Assembly (NCBI GenBank): GCA_013265495.1
Contig: MU058153.1
Coordinates: 1,800,001 to 1,864,000 of the forward strand
DNA: 64,000 bases
Direction: 5' to 3'
Source of the DNA: Vicugna vicugna
Lineage: Eukaryota
The notes under the pieces are model-generated. The model did not search any database. It was not told where the DNA came from and saw only the letters and a program-made list of their open reading frames with translations. Positions 13,976 to 26,319 of this stretch are shown one piece after another (the first letter of the stretch is position 1; every line of letters starts with the position of its first letter). Position numbers and translations under genes: made by a program.

Positions 13976-14423
13976 TTTTATGGATATCTTTGCAAACTTG
14001 TCTATTCCTTTAGGATAAATTTCTATAAGTGGAATTTTATGACTAATGGACATGCACGTTTATGTGTTATAGTAAGACATAAAGTACAAAAAGTGGCCAG
14101 AGTTATATTGCTGCCAGCAAATTGTGAGGGTGACCATTTCCCTACAACATTTACGACCGAGTGCTAGCAATATAATCTTAGCTATGTGAGAGAAGCCATC
14201 ATGTTTTTGTTTAAATTTGCAACATTTAATTAATAAGGGCAATCAAATTTTAGGAACTAAATTAATTAGTCGTATTTCTGCCAGACACAGTTTATTCCTT
14301 TTGCTAACTTTCTGTTGAGGTGTTTACACAATTTACGTTATTGAGATAATAAATTTACTGTTGATATATAAGTACTCATTATAAAACAAGTGTTTTAACC
14401 TTTTGTCATATATATTACAAACA

Positions 14424-15415
14424 TTTTATTTTTTCCCAACTTTATTGATGTATGATTGAAAAATAAATTTAAATGTATTTAAAGTGAAAAACATGATGAT
14501 TTCATATATGTATATATTGTGATATGATTACAGCAATCTAGTTAACACATTCTTCACCTCACAGTTACCCTTTTTGTGTGTGTGTGGTGAGAATGCATAA
14601 GAGCTACTCTATTTAGCAAATTTTGATTATGCAATATAGTATTATTAACTATAGTCACCATGCTGTACATCAGATCACCAAAACTGATTTATTTTATAAA
14701 TAAAAGTTTGAGCCTTTTCACCGATATCTGCCCATTTTTGCTACCCATCAGCCCCTGGCAACCATGTCTCTACTCTCTATTTCTGAGTTTTAATTTTGTA
14801 ATTCCATATATAACTGAGATCATAAAGTATTTGTCTTTCTATTCAGCTTATTTCACTTAGCATAATGTTCTCCTGATTCATCAATGTCAAAAATAGCAGG
14901 ATTTACTATTTCTTCTCATAACTAATATTTCATTGTATGTATGTATATGTATATGTGTGTGTATATTTACATATATATATATATATTTACACATATATAC
15001 CATATTTTTTTAACCCATTCATCTGTTGATGGACACTTAGGTTGTTTCCACATCTTGGCTGTTGTAAATAATGCTGCAAAGACATGAAGAGCACAGGTAT
15101 CTCTTTGAGACGCTGATTTTTGTTTCCTTTGGATATATGCTCAGTAGTGGGATGGCTGGATCATATGGTAGCGCTATTTTTAATTTTTGAGGAAACTCCA
15201 TGCTGTTTTTCATAGAGACTGCACCAACTTACATCCTCACCAATAGTGCACGAGAGTTCTCTTTTCCACATCCTGTCCAACACCTGTTATTTTTTGTCTT
15301 TTTGATGATAACCATTCTGACAGGTGTGAGGTGATATTTCACTGTGGTTTTAATTTGCATTTCCCTGATAATGGGTGATGTCAAGCACCTATTCATAGCT
15401 GATGGCTGTTTGTAT
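14424..15415 (-). mobile_element. L1MA-type LINE 3' end (L1MA9-like)
   Basis: 'cacctcacagttaccc...gtggtgagaat...tattaactatagtcaccatgctgtacatcagatc' and the ORF2 C-terminal part 'gatggacacttaggttgtttcca...ccattctgacaggtgtgaggtgata'. Confidence 0.85.
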
Positions 15416-15746
15416 ACTTAATCATAAATCATATAAATATATTATGGTACTAACATAATACATTATTAAGTATATTCAAAATAAAAAATAAAACTTTTAA
15501 ATTAGCACATATCTTCAATATTCCTCAAACGATGATAGACCTTGAACACCCTCAGAGCTTCCTGTTTTCCACTGGGGAGAGCTGCTCTCAACATCTTTTC
15601 TTTCCCTGCACTATGGCTTTAAAGAAAGAGAAAGAAGGAATTATGTAAACATGTACTTTTCTTCCCCTCACATTACAAGGGGACTTTAGGTATATAACAC
15701 TCATCAACAGCCTTGTATTCAATATCTGTGTTGAAAGAGTAAAGAA

Positions 15747-16089
15747 AGGGGCTAATTCTGATGATAAAATAGATGATACCTGCCCGGGCACAAAACAGAC
15801 TGCCTAAACGATCCACGCCAGTGCAGAGCTGATGCTGAGCAAGGTTCATCGGGCTCAGAATCACCGCCGCGCGGAGGCTGATTTGGAGTCTGTTGGTCGT
15901 AACACCACTGTGTTACACTCAGCACTATTTAAATTTTAGGATTGGCAAAATGCAGTGCTTGGAGATGCTCCATCTTTGTCAGTGGCATCTCCAGCACAGC
16001 CCCACTGACAAACAGCCCAATAAACACTGCCAGGAGAATCATAAGCAAGATTCATAAGCAAGATCTTCTCCGCCAAAAAGGTAGCTTCC
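15747..16089. mobile_element. MER121-like ancient conserved repeat / conserved non-coding element
   Basis: Collinear blocks recalled from the MER121 consensus: 'aggggctaatt', 'ctgcccgggcacaaaacagact', 'ttttaggattggcaaaatgca', 'tttgtcagtggca', 'ccactgacaaacagcccaataaa', 'gatcttctc'. Confidence 0.8.
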
Positions 16090-17084
16090 AAGAAATTTTG
16101 AAATTCTGTGTTTTTAGCTTTTTTTTTTGTTGCAATGCTTCATTTTCCAGACAGCTACTATATTTAAGCTTGCAGAGTTTAAATAATTGGAGACTTTGAA
16201 AATAGAAACTAAATCAATAAAAGTTTGAAACATTCTACCTCTACAGTCTAAATTCTCATAGTAATTTTGATATTTAAAAAAAACTTTTCACTGTAGACAT
16301 CGAGTTCATTTTCAAGTAATGTCCTATACGTACTTGAACTGTAAGTATAATCTCTTTAATCTAATTATAAAAATGTTCAATTAAATATTTGATGCAGGAG
16401 AGACCAAGAACAAGCTGTCTTTTGCAGCTTCAATTCTTCTTTCTCAACTTAATTTTAGTTCCCTTTCTCTCGCCAGTTATTCCAGAGCCCCTTCTTTCCT
16501 TCTTTCTTTTTTCCCCCCTCTTCTCCTGATTGATATTTAAATACATACTTAGGTATTTGGACAGAGGTAGGGTAAGAGATGGTGGTAAAATTAAAATCAG
16601 CGAAGGCTAATGTGTCAAAAGCTCTTAGAGAACCTTTAATCAAAATCTATTATTTTGTAAATATAAACATGAAATTGGAGAAAAGATATATTTTGCCTGT
16701 TTATGTGTATGCATGTGTGTGTTTTTTGCCTGAAGTGAGGTAAGTAGTCATCAGAGCTAGAACAAAATATTCTACATATTCAATTAAAAGGTCTTTCAAG
16801 TTTCGTATCTATACGTATTAGAAGAAATTGAGAAAGAGACATGAGATACTCTAAGGCCATATATAATCTTAGAATAACCTCTTACATTATATCTTATCTA
16901 TTATCTATTTATCTATATCTTGTATACTATATGTCCTATTTTATATTATATCTCACAGGGCTCACTCTTGTGGTAATAAGACTGCTTTTACTCCAAAGCA
17001 TTCAATATATATTGAATCTGTGAAAATAGTCTTATTTGATATTTCTGAATTTTTAACCTAATTACCAAAATATTAATATTAGAA

Positions 17085-17290
17085 CCCTTGAACATTTACA
17101 ACCCTGTCATACAATATCATTTAATTCTGACAATAAAATGGTAACTAACCAGAATAGTGGTCCCTATTTTAGAGATGAGGCAACTGAAGTGTGAAAGGCA
17201 AGCACAGGACTGGGATCAGAGACGAAATACTAAAGATGAGAGCATCCCTGCTCAGAAGACCAGAACGTTGGTCCTTTTCTACAATATCAC
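17085..17290 (-). mobile_element. MIR SINE
   Basis: 'tatcatttaattctgacaata...tccctattttagagatgaggcaactgaag'. Confidence 0.65.
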
Positions 17291-18439
17291 ACACTAGCTA
17301 GAAATCTAACCTAAATTAAAAAGCTTTTGTAAGGCCTTGCTTTTCCTTCCTGCTAAAGGAAACTTTATCCCTTACCTTGTGTTTCACTTTTTGTCTCTCT
17401 GAGGATTGAGCATCTGAGATGCTAATTTTCAGCTAATAAAACGGTTCTTGCAATTCTTCATTAGCCTAAACCCTGCATTACGGAAAAAACTGGCATGCCA
17501 CTTGTTTCCCAAGACATTTCAGAATAGCCTCTCACAGAGGAGTCAGCTTTATCACTTTATCACCCAGGAGGCTCTGGTGGAAATGTCCCATTGGTGAACC
17601 AAGTCCTGAGTTGTGGAATGCCATTAGTTTCAAGACCAAAAATAAAACAAAAAAAACCCCAAAAAAACCAAAACCTCATTCACATGTTATAAGGGAATCA
17701 GATGTCACAGCTAGTTGTTAAATCATGCTGAGCATTACAAATTTAGTAAGGCTGTTATTTGCTGCCCACTAAGACAGGTAATTAGGAACACTTCCATGAG
17801 TAATTTTGAAATGTGACAACTCATTTGATAATGTTCATCAGTGTATCTTTAGTCTTCGAAAATGGCAAAGAATCCCTTTGAAATACTCAGTGTTACCCTC
17901 TTCCATAGGCTGAGGACATGGCTTAATTATCTATGACTTAAAAATCATACCATGCTCAATCAAATTGACATTTGATGCACACAGTATTTCTGGTGATTGT
18001 TGGACTCTAAAAACACTAGACTAAATTCGAGTGTTTAATATGGAAACTGTTTTGCCTTTCCACCAAGTTTACTATTTATGCCACCTATGTCTTACCATTT
18101 TCTCTTCTTAGTGACCTCTATGAACAAACTCTGGAGAATGCCATGGAAGACCTTCTATAACGATTTCAAACTGCTTTGCAGATTTACTCAGTCTTATCCC
18201 CAAAAACTCTATGCAATGTCAACTTTTGTGTCCAGTTCCCTTTTCTTCTTCAGATAACACATACTTCTTGAGATCTTCAAGACTCCACATCTCTCATTTT
18301 CTCTGTAAATCCATCTCTGGTCCTTCTTCACCTCACTGTCTGCCACCATGCCCTGCCTTTCCTGGCAGTTGGCTGGTTTTGACCATAAGCTCCCAAAGCA
18401 GTAACATTTGTCTTAGAGTTATCAGGATATGCTATGGTT

Positions 18440-18570
18440 TGCTGTTTTTCTGTTCATCCTTCGCACTAGAATGTGACATCCCTGTGGTCTGTGAATGCCT
18501 TAATAATCTTTGTTCCAGTGTCTAGCACCCTGCCGTGTACAGTTAATGTTTAATCCATGTTAACTTGAAG
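18440..18570 (+). mobile_element. L2 3' end
   Basis: 'cactagaatgtgacatccctg...ttccagtgtctagcaccctgccgtgtacag'. Confidence 0.55.
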
Positions 18571-18626
18571 TAGCAGCAAAAATACTTCACCCTTTCAGCC
18601 ACCCTGCCATGTAAGAATGATTATTC

Positions 18627-19118
18627 CTTTATTTGATTGCCATCATTTGAAATGTATTGTGACTTGTTTAATGGCCTAACTTATAGTCTATCCTGTAGAA
18701 TGTTCCATGGTTCTCATTTCCACTGAGAAACATGTGCATTCTGCTATTGTTGGAATAGTCTATAAATGTCTGTTATGACTGGTTTGTTTATAATATTGTT
18801 CTAATCTTCTGCCTAGTTGTTCTATCCTTGATTGAAAGTGAGGCATTGAAGTTCAATGGTTATTGCAGAGCTGGCTATTTCTCAGATCAGTTCTGGTAGT
18901 TCTTGCTTTATGTATTATGTCCTCTAACGATAAAGGAACAAAACCAGAAGTCAATAACAGAAGAAAAAATACTGTGAGAGGTAAAAATATGTGGAAATGA
19001 AACAACACATTCATAAATAATAAATGGCTAAGAACAAATCATGAAGGAAATTAGCAAATAATTTGAGAAAAATGAAAACATAAACATAACATACCAAAAT
19101 TTATGGAATACAGCCAGA
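18627..19118. mobile_element. L1M ORF2 endonuclease-region fragment with internal inversion (18627-18916 minus, 18916-19118 plus)
   Basis: The minus part reads 'acattctacaggatagactataagttaggcc...acaagtcacaatacatttcaaatgatggcaatcaaataaag'. The plus part continues 'tatgtcctctaacgataaaggaacaaaaccagaagtcaataacag...acaacacattcataaataa'. Confidence 0.75.
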
Positions 19119-20054
19119 GGAAATCAGATAAAAATGTGTAAAAAAACAGTTTTTTAATGGATTCAATCAATTTTTCTGATGTGGAGAACTCTGTGTGTGT
19201 GTGTGTAAAATCAAGCAACACAACTGTACGTACAAGATGATTTCCTTGTAATTTTTTAAGGTATTGTTAAGTTATTGAGAAACTTAGAACGTAAAATAAA
19301 TAAATATGAAAGTAATAAAAATAATAAAAAATATTATTTCTACTTTAAATATAAGGAATAAAAATTTAGAGGGTTTAGATGAATAGCCCAAGTTCACATA
19401 GCTAGGAAGCGATTTTCTTTGAATTCCTGTGGTCAACATCTCCCCGAAAGAAGACAGCCAAGGTATGGGGGCAGCAGAGATTACAAAGGAGTGGGGAATT
19501 AGTGGCAGTTTTTCTAGGACTCAAAGATTTCAGAATGAATATGTGGGGGAAAATCTGTTCTTCAGGCAAAGTTAATCTTAGAAGATAATCTATTTCAAGT
19601 TATGGCATTTTTGCCATTTTGCAGTGGTATTTTTGTAGAACATAAAAATGTCTATTTCAGTGCCATGTGAGCATAACTTTATATAGAATATGAAAGTATG
19701 GGGCGACGGAAGGAAATGCTTGCTGCTTTAGCACCACGGTGGCAATTCGCTCTGAAGACAAAGCCTGTCCTAGATTAAAGGTGAAAACAAAGCTCTGTGC
19801 AGTGAGGAGAAAACACAGTGGCTGGTCTCCCCAGCTGGACCAGTCCACACAGGTAGTGCACCCACCACTGATGTGACATTTATACCTGCCACCCACTGTT
19901 GGTGTTTCCCACAGGCATCTCAGGAGAGCCGTAACTCCCTTCTTATCTGGGTTCATCGTACCCAGCACAGCTCTGAGAGGTTTAACCCCGATGAAGTGTT
20001 AATTGAAGGAAAGATGGGAGCAAATAACACACACAAAAGATTTCAACTTTCCAC

Positions 20055-20270
20055 GCACGGTGAGAGCACAGCTCTCACGATGTGTGTCCTTCAGACATGG
20101 CTTTGAATCCTGCTATCTGCGTCACTATTGACTGTGAGCATATTACAGAATCCAAGTCACAGCCTCAGTGACTTATTCAGTAAAATGGGAGAATAATGTT
20201 TACCTCTGAAGGACTGAGTGAGAACCTGTAATACACTGATGCTCTCAGCACTCCGTAAAGATCAGCCTCT
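20055..20270 (+). mobile_element. MIR SINE
   Basis: 'gagagcacagctct...tttgaatcctgct...gcctcagtgacttattcagtaaaatgggagaataat'. Confidence 0.65.
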
Positions 20271-21021
20271 CAGTTTAGTAGTAAATCTATGACTTGGACT
20301 CTCCTTGTTCACTCAGCAGAAAGATGAGCTGGTAAACCAAACGGTCAGATACTCAAAACTAAGAACTTCTTTCTCCCTCCTTTTCTAGTTATACACGTTA
20401 GAATAGCCGTGTTCTCCCCTACGGTTCTGGTCATCAGGCATAATCACTGACTAGTAATAAACCCTGTTTCATTTTGTTTGGTTTCCTTCTTAATTTGTAA
20501 TAGACTTTTCTGAAGATATTCTTAACTAAATGCTGGTTAACGACTGAAAACAGGCCTCTAGGAATGCCTGCAGTACCAGCGTTACCACTGGTACCATCTA
20601 GGGTAGAAGAAATGATAAAGAGACGCTGCACCATACGATTTGGGGCCCTTTCCTGACTTCAAACAGAAAAGTGCGGATTTTAAAATCTAGTTCACATTTT
20701 GGAGAGCCATGTCGTGTTTCATTTGACTACAGCGTTGTACTATTTTCAAGAGTTTAAAAGCCACCGCCTTGTAAATTTGGTTTTTCAATCTGTTTTTGCA
20801 GAGAGTTGAAGCTCACTGAGGAGCTGTGACGTCGAACAGGTTTCCCAGCATTTCAATACAAAAGGGAAAAGAGATGGTTTTCTCCCAGCCCCTCCCCTTG
20901 CCCTTGCCAAGGGGCAGCCTAGACAGATGTTGCCTAACTCCGTGAATACGTAAAGAAGAAAAAACGGAAATAAAAGAAGAGAGACAAAAAGAGACAGAGA
21001 GAAAGCGAAACGAAATCACTG

Positions 21022-21459
21022 GTTGCAGTTACTTCTTTAGGGCTCCTGTAATAAAGAATCGCAAGCTGGGTGATTTAAAAACAACAGAAATGTATTTTCT
21101 TAAGAGCCTGGAAGCGAGAAACTGGAAACCGAGTTTTTGGCAGCACGATCTCCCCCCAAAGCCGCGAGGGGAGGATGCTGACTTTCGCCTCTGCTGGCTT
21201 CCCAGATGTTCGCTGGCTCGTGGACACATCCCTCAAAACTCTGCCTCTCTCTTCACGTGGCCCGTCTCCCGGTGCATCTGTCTTCCCATCATTTCCCCTC
21301 TTCGTATAAGTCATGTCAGAATAAGGACCACCCCTACTCAAGCAGGCACTTAGCTGATCTAATTACACCTGTGACGATCTGATTTCAAATTAAGGTCGCA
21401 TCCCGAGGTACTGAGGGGCAGGACATATCTTTTCGAGAAACACAATTCAGCCTGTAGCA
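21022..21459 (-). mobile_element. MaLR solo LTR (MLT1B/C-like), unusually CpG-rich
   Basis: 'agggctcctgtaataaagaatcgcaagctgggtgatttaaaaacaacagaaatgtatt...tctcttcacgtggcc...aattaaggtcgcatcccgaggtactgagg...acacaattcagcctgtagca'. Confidence 0.85.
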
Positions 21460-23639
21460 CTAGTCCTTTTCGGCAGGTGAAGGTAGGTTCTTGGCAGAAA
21501 ACATTAAGCTTTAAGTGGGGAACACAGATGGTGTTGGCCACAAGACTGGCTCAGGCCTGGCTTTCCTGGAAAACAAAACAACCTGCAGGGGAATCGAAAT
21601 GAATTAAATCCCGAGAGTCTTTCCACCCAAATTCCCTTTACCGATCGTCGGAATGTGCCCTTAGGAATATTCTGTTTTGAATGAATGTTTTATGTTCATT
21701 ACAATTCACAGTTAATGCTTTGAACTGTGTTGTTTTTTATACCCTAAGATTAAATGAGTTTATCAGCTTTTTGCTGAAGGCACTTTTTCAATTCCTAATG
21801 TAGAGGGTAGCAGGGCAGTGGATAACTCTCAATTTAAATAGAAATTAAGACAATCAGAAGAGAACCTTGAAATCTGTTGAATCAGGGGCATTGGGAGCGG
21901 GGGAATTCTACCCAAGTACTCACTATACTCTCTATTGTATTGTGAAAACATGACAAGAACATTAAAAAAAAAACAAACCCAAAATGACACACTGCCTAAA
22001 CATAATGTGAGGACTGGGAAGAGACGGAAGTGACTTTTTCTTCCTTCCTCCACTCAATGCCCCAAATTATTACGCTTAATGAGTGCTAATGAATTTCCAT
22101 CTTCACGTTGATTTAATTCCTCAATTGCACTGTGAGCCTGGTTTTACTCTTTGTCTATTTGTTTGGTGTTTTTGCCTTGGTTCTCATGTATCTCCTGAAA
22201 GTTGAGTATCTAAAAGAGCAAGTAAAATGAAAGTGCATGTCAAAGATGGATTCAGACTGATCGCCTGGACAGGTAGAAATATACTCTTAAACAAGCCTGC
22301 TTCTTGCAAGGATGTTTTCTTAAAGCCTTATGTTACTTTAAAGCCCCAGAGAGGTTTATTTGTTTTTAAAAGTTGAAGAGTACACATTAATGGACTAAAA
22401 TCTGAGCTTACCAAATTTCTACTGCTATTTTTCATCAGTATGGATAGATGTTTATTTTACCAAATGACTCAGCTTATTAATCACCATGATATAGATGTCA
22501 ACTTCTCCCCTCACATCCTTTTCTTTGAAATATAAAAGCAGGTTGGACCAGCACAAGAGACCAGTCTTCTGTAGTGTCTACAGAAGGTAATAAACATACA
22601 CGGCCTTCTAAGTATTGGCCCATTAAGTTTCTGCAGTTTCTGCATTTTAAAATTTTTGATAAGACAGAAAAGAAAAAGACAATTGTACCGGCATTTGCAT
22701 GCCCTATTGGTGTGCCCAGCCCTGTGCTCTCACAGTGGAGCAGCAAATCCTAACTGTCTAAGAGAACACACTGGTGATGAGACAAGAGCATTGTGCAGTC
22801 ACCAGTCAGCAGAGTCTCCAAGAGCTACAGAGTCCTGGAAACCATGTGTAAGAGTGAAATTGGTTGAGTGTACGCCAAAAAAGGGATACCATAGGCCTGG
22901 TCAGAAAGAACACTGTACTGTTCTTGGGGTCAGCCTCCTTTCTCCTTTCTGTACTTCTTTCTCAGACCCATTGGGCACTGGGTCTGTTCTGAGTCTGCAT
23001 TCTCCTTGAAGCCTGGATACTGAGCTTTTGAGTCAGTTGCACTCAGGGCTGTTAATTCTTCATTTCCATGAGGATTATATCCTACCACCCAATAGGAAGG
23101 ATGTGGGAACTGGAGTTCTACTTTCAAACGTGTCTCTTAAAAAAAAAAAAAAACTCACAACAGGACACAGGAGGATGTGGAAGCTGTTATCTTGGCATCT
23201 CAGGGAACACAGTCTAGCACATGAGGTTTTCATCGCCACTGGGAGTGGAACGAGTACAAAGTCTTTCTTGTAGCACGAAATGAATGCTTCTCTGTGGTTT
23301 AAAGAAACCACGAAACCCCTTCTCATAACAGGGAAAAGAAAGGTTGTACTTGGATGAAACCAAATGTTGATAGATGAAGAATCCACACTGAAATCAAACG
23401 GCCCAGCGGGGAACTCAGTGAGTCACCTTTCCCTTTAGACGCAGATAAGATTGCCTACCTGAAAAACATGCCCCTGTGAACTTCAAAAACCTCTAAGCCA
23501 TCCGACACTTCCAGCATCGCCCTGTCCAATAGCCAACCGCAGTTTATACTTTCACTGTTTTTCACTGGTTCTGCATAACTTATTTCTGTGTGTGTTTTGG
23601 GCGTTGGGGATAGTTGTGAAAGGAATGGACATGTAAATG

Positions 23640-24300
23640 TTTCAAATTTTCCATTGTTCTCTAAACTTCTTTGTTCCAATATTTTGTACTCCCTAAGCAT
23701 CATAGTCTCTTAGAACTTCATGGCACCGGGAAGACTACTCTACTATTTTAAGCACATGCTTATCAACGTGGCAAATTTACCTTGTCCTCAAAACCGGCTT
23801 TCCTGCCGAACGTTCCCCATCTGACTGATCTGGTTGTGCTAGCTTCTGGACCACCTCAGAAATTTCTACTGAACTCTTCTATGGTCTTATCACAATATGC
23901 TATAGTTTATAAATTCCTTAAATATCTCTTAAGAATTATTTTCTTTGTTGTGTCTCTGGTGCATAGCACAGGATCTGGCAGAGAGCAGGTACTCAAGGTG
24001 TTGCTACTGAGGTAACTGCGCGGATGAATGAAGAATGATGAGATAAACCAATGGAGAAATCTAAACATGGTGAGGGACTGTTATCAAATTCCTGAGTGGT
24101 AGTCCCAGGATAGCTTGCAGTCCCACGTGGTCCTTTGTTCATTTGTTTACTTATGTTTCATTGATGTGTTTATTTGGCAAATATTCCTTAAGGAGCCACT
24201 CTGTCTCGAGATTATAATAGACACAGGGGTGTATCAATGGATAAGGCTGTTTTTGCTCTTGAATGACTGAAAGATAACCATGCTCGTGGTTTATCTTCGT
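23640..24300. mobile_element. L2 fragments (plus, then minus)
   Basis: 'gtgtctctggtgcatagcacaggatctggcagagagcaggtactcaa' (+) and 'atttggcaaatattccttaaggagccactctgt' (-). Confidence 0.55.
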
Positions 24301-26319
24301 TTGGAGACTTTTCCCTCCTTTAATCAGCGAAGGTGCAAGTACACCACAAAAGAGAATGCTCAGCATCACGGCTGGTGTTCCAGCCTATAAATATCTCTAG
24401 CTGAAAGCGTGACCAAGACTCCATGGTGGGGATTACCCAGCAAAAAGGCAAAAAGGGAGCTTCATAGCTGCAAAGCCACTTCTGTTATTTACTAATTGCT
24501 TTTGACCTTCCAGGCAGCACACTCCTGCTCCATCACTGCTCTCTGATTTATGGAGTTAGCCCACGTTCCTTTGTTCTGATGGTGATGGTTTGCTCTAAAA
24601 GTGGTTGTGCCCTCGCCGTCCCTTCACTCACTTATAAAAATGAGATGTTACATTTTCAGGAGCTGTTTCCCCAAGGACAATTTTTAAATAATAACAGCTG
24701 TAGTAATAACCACTGTGCAAACACCTGGAATCACAGATACATTTACACATCTTTAAAATAACTAAAAGTGATTTGTTACATTTTTGCAATGGATTCAATA
24801 ATTTCAAGTTCCAAAATGATACAAATCTTAAGAAAATATTTCAGGTTTAAAAATCTATAGTTTTTTTAAGAAAAAAACTAAGTGTGAAAATCAGACTTAT
24901 TCTCATAAATTAATGTGATCTTGTCACAGTGTCTGTTTAGGAAAAGTAGATTTAGGTTAGACTGTAGTCACCTGCACACCCATTCTTCTGGCTAATTAAT
25001 GAATTATATTTACTGACAGGGGACATTGTCTTTCTTCCTCGTGATGGAGCACATTTTTATTCCCGTTTAAGTTGATCATGATGTTTACCAAGGTAAATAT
25101 ATTCTTGCAACATTAACTAATATGAAAAGAATAACTTTTTTTCTGAGAGATTCAGGATAACACTGTCAATATTTCAAATTTTCATGGTAGCTGTGTCTCA
25201 ATCAGAAGTATAAACTTAAATAGTTCTATTTGTGAATTATCCTTTTAATTTTTTTTCTGTTTCTCTCACCAGCCACTGTCTTACCTTCTCCCCACCCGCT
25301 TACTGGTGCGGCTTTCACATAAACGCATTCTACAGTTGAAATAGGTAAGGTTTGCTGAAATGTCCATCTGGTATCTCCTATCAAGCCTGGCATGCTGGGT
25401 TAAGTATATGGGAATAGCATGTGAACGATTTAACCTAGTCTACTTTTGCAACATCTCGCATGGTGATGTTTCCTGGGAAGATGATTTTAACTGGTACTTT
25501 CATGCATTAAAAGAAAACAAAAAGCTTTCTAAATATTAAGGATACTTACAAAATATTAGGGAAGAATAAGTACTTATAATGACCACGGAGCGAGTACAAG
25601 TCACACACAGGAGAGGCATATACTGCTTTCTTTTTTAATTTGAGGATATTGGCATTTAGAAGTCTCTCAATTAACAAATATATAAAACACTTTTTTTTTG
25701 TTAATACAGTAACTTCTGTTTTATGTTTAGCCAGAGTCCCGTTACCCAATAGATATAAAAGGATTTAAGTCTATTTTTCTTTGGATATTGTACTCTGAAG
25801 AATTGTGACCTTAAACAATTTATGCAGAATGACTGCTTTAATTAGAGCATCAATTAGCAAACATTCATCACATCGTTGTTAAGAGTTATGCTATGGAGGT
25901 ACTTGAAATTACAGACTTTTTTGCCCTTTTGCTCAATAACTTTTACATAAGATTAAGGGATACATATACAAACATAATAAGTGTCTGAGGATACATTTCC
26001 TTTTGCTTGAAGTATGTTTTTTCCATGTCCTTGAATTTTCACTTCAAGCATACCTCCTCCAAGAAACCTTACTGGACACCCCCCTCTACGTTAGATGCTT
26101 CATGTCTGTATTCTCATAGGACGGAAGGGGGTAATCAATATTGGGTCAAACTCTAAAACAACCCAAAGGTGGAAAAGAGCAGTTTGGCTTGGATATTTAC
26201 GGAAGTTTTCCCAAAGGAGGCACAGTTTATGTTGAAAACTGAGGGACTGCTAATTCTGGCTTTGTAGAAAGGAGATGCAAGGAACTTCTAGTGATTTTCA
26301 ATAAAATCTAAAAGAGTGT

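Noticed and set aside
19724..19746. CTCF-like 'gcaccacggtggca' (also 'cctcagatggcc' at ~36427 and 'cccagagggggca' at ~62221)
   Set aside because: Several mismatches at high-information positions of the CTCF core.
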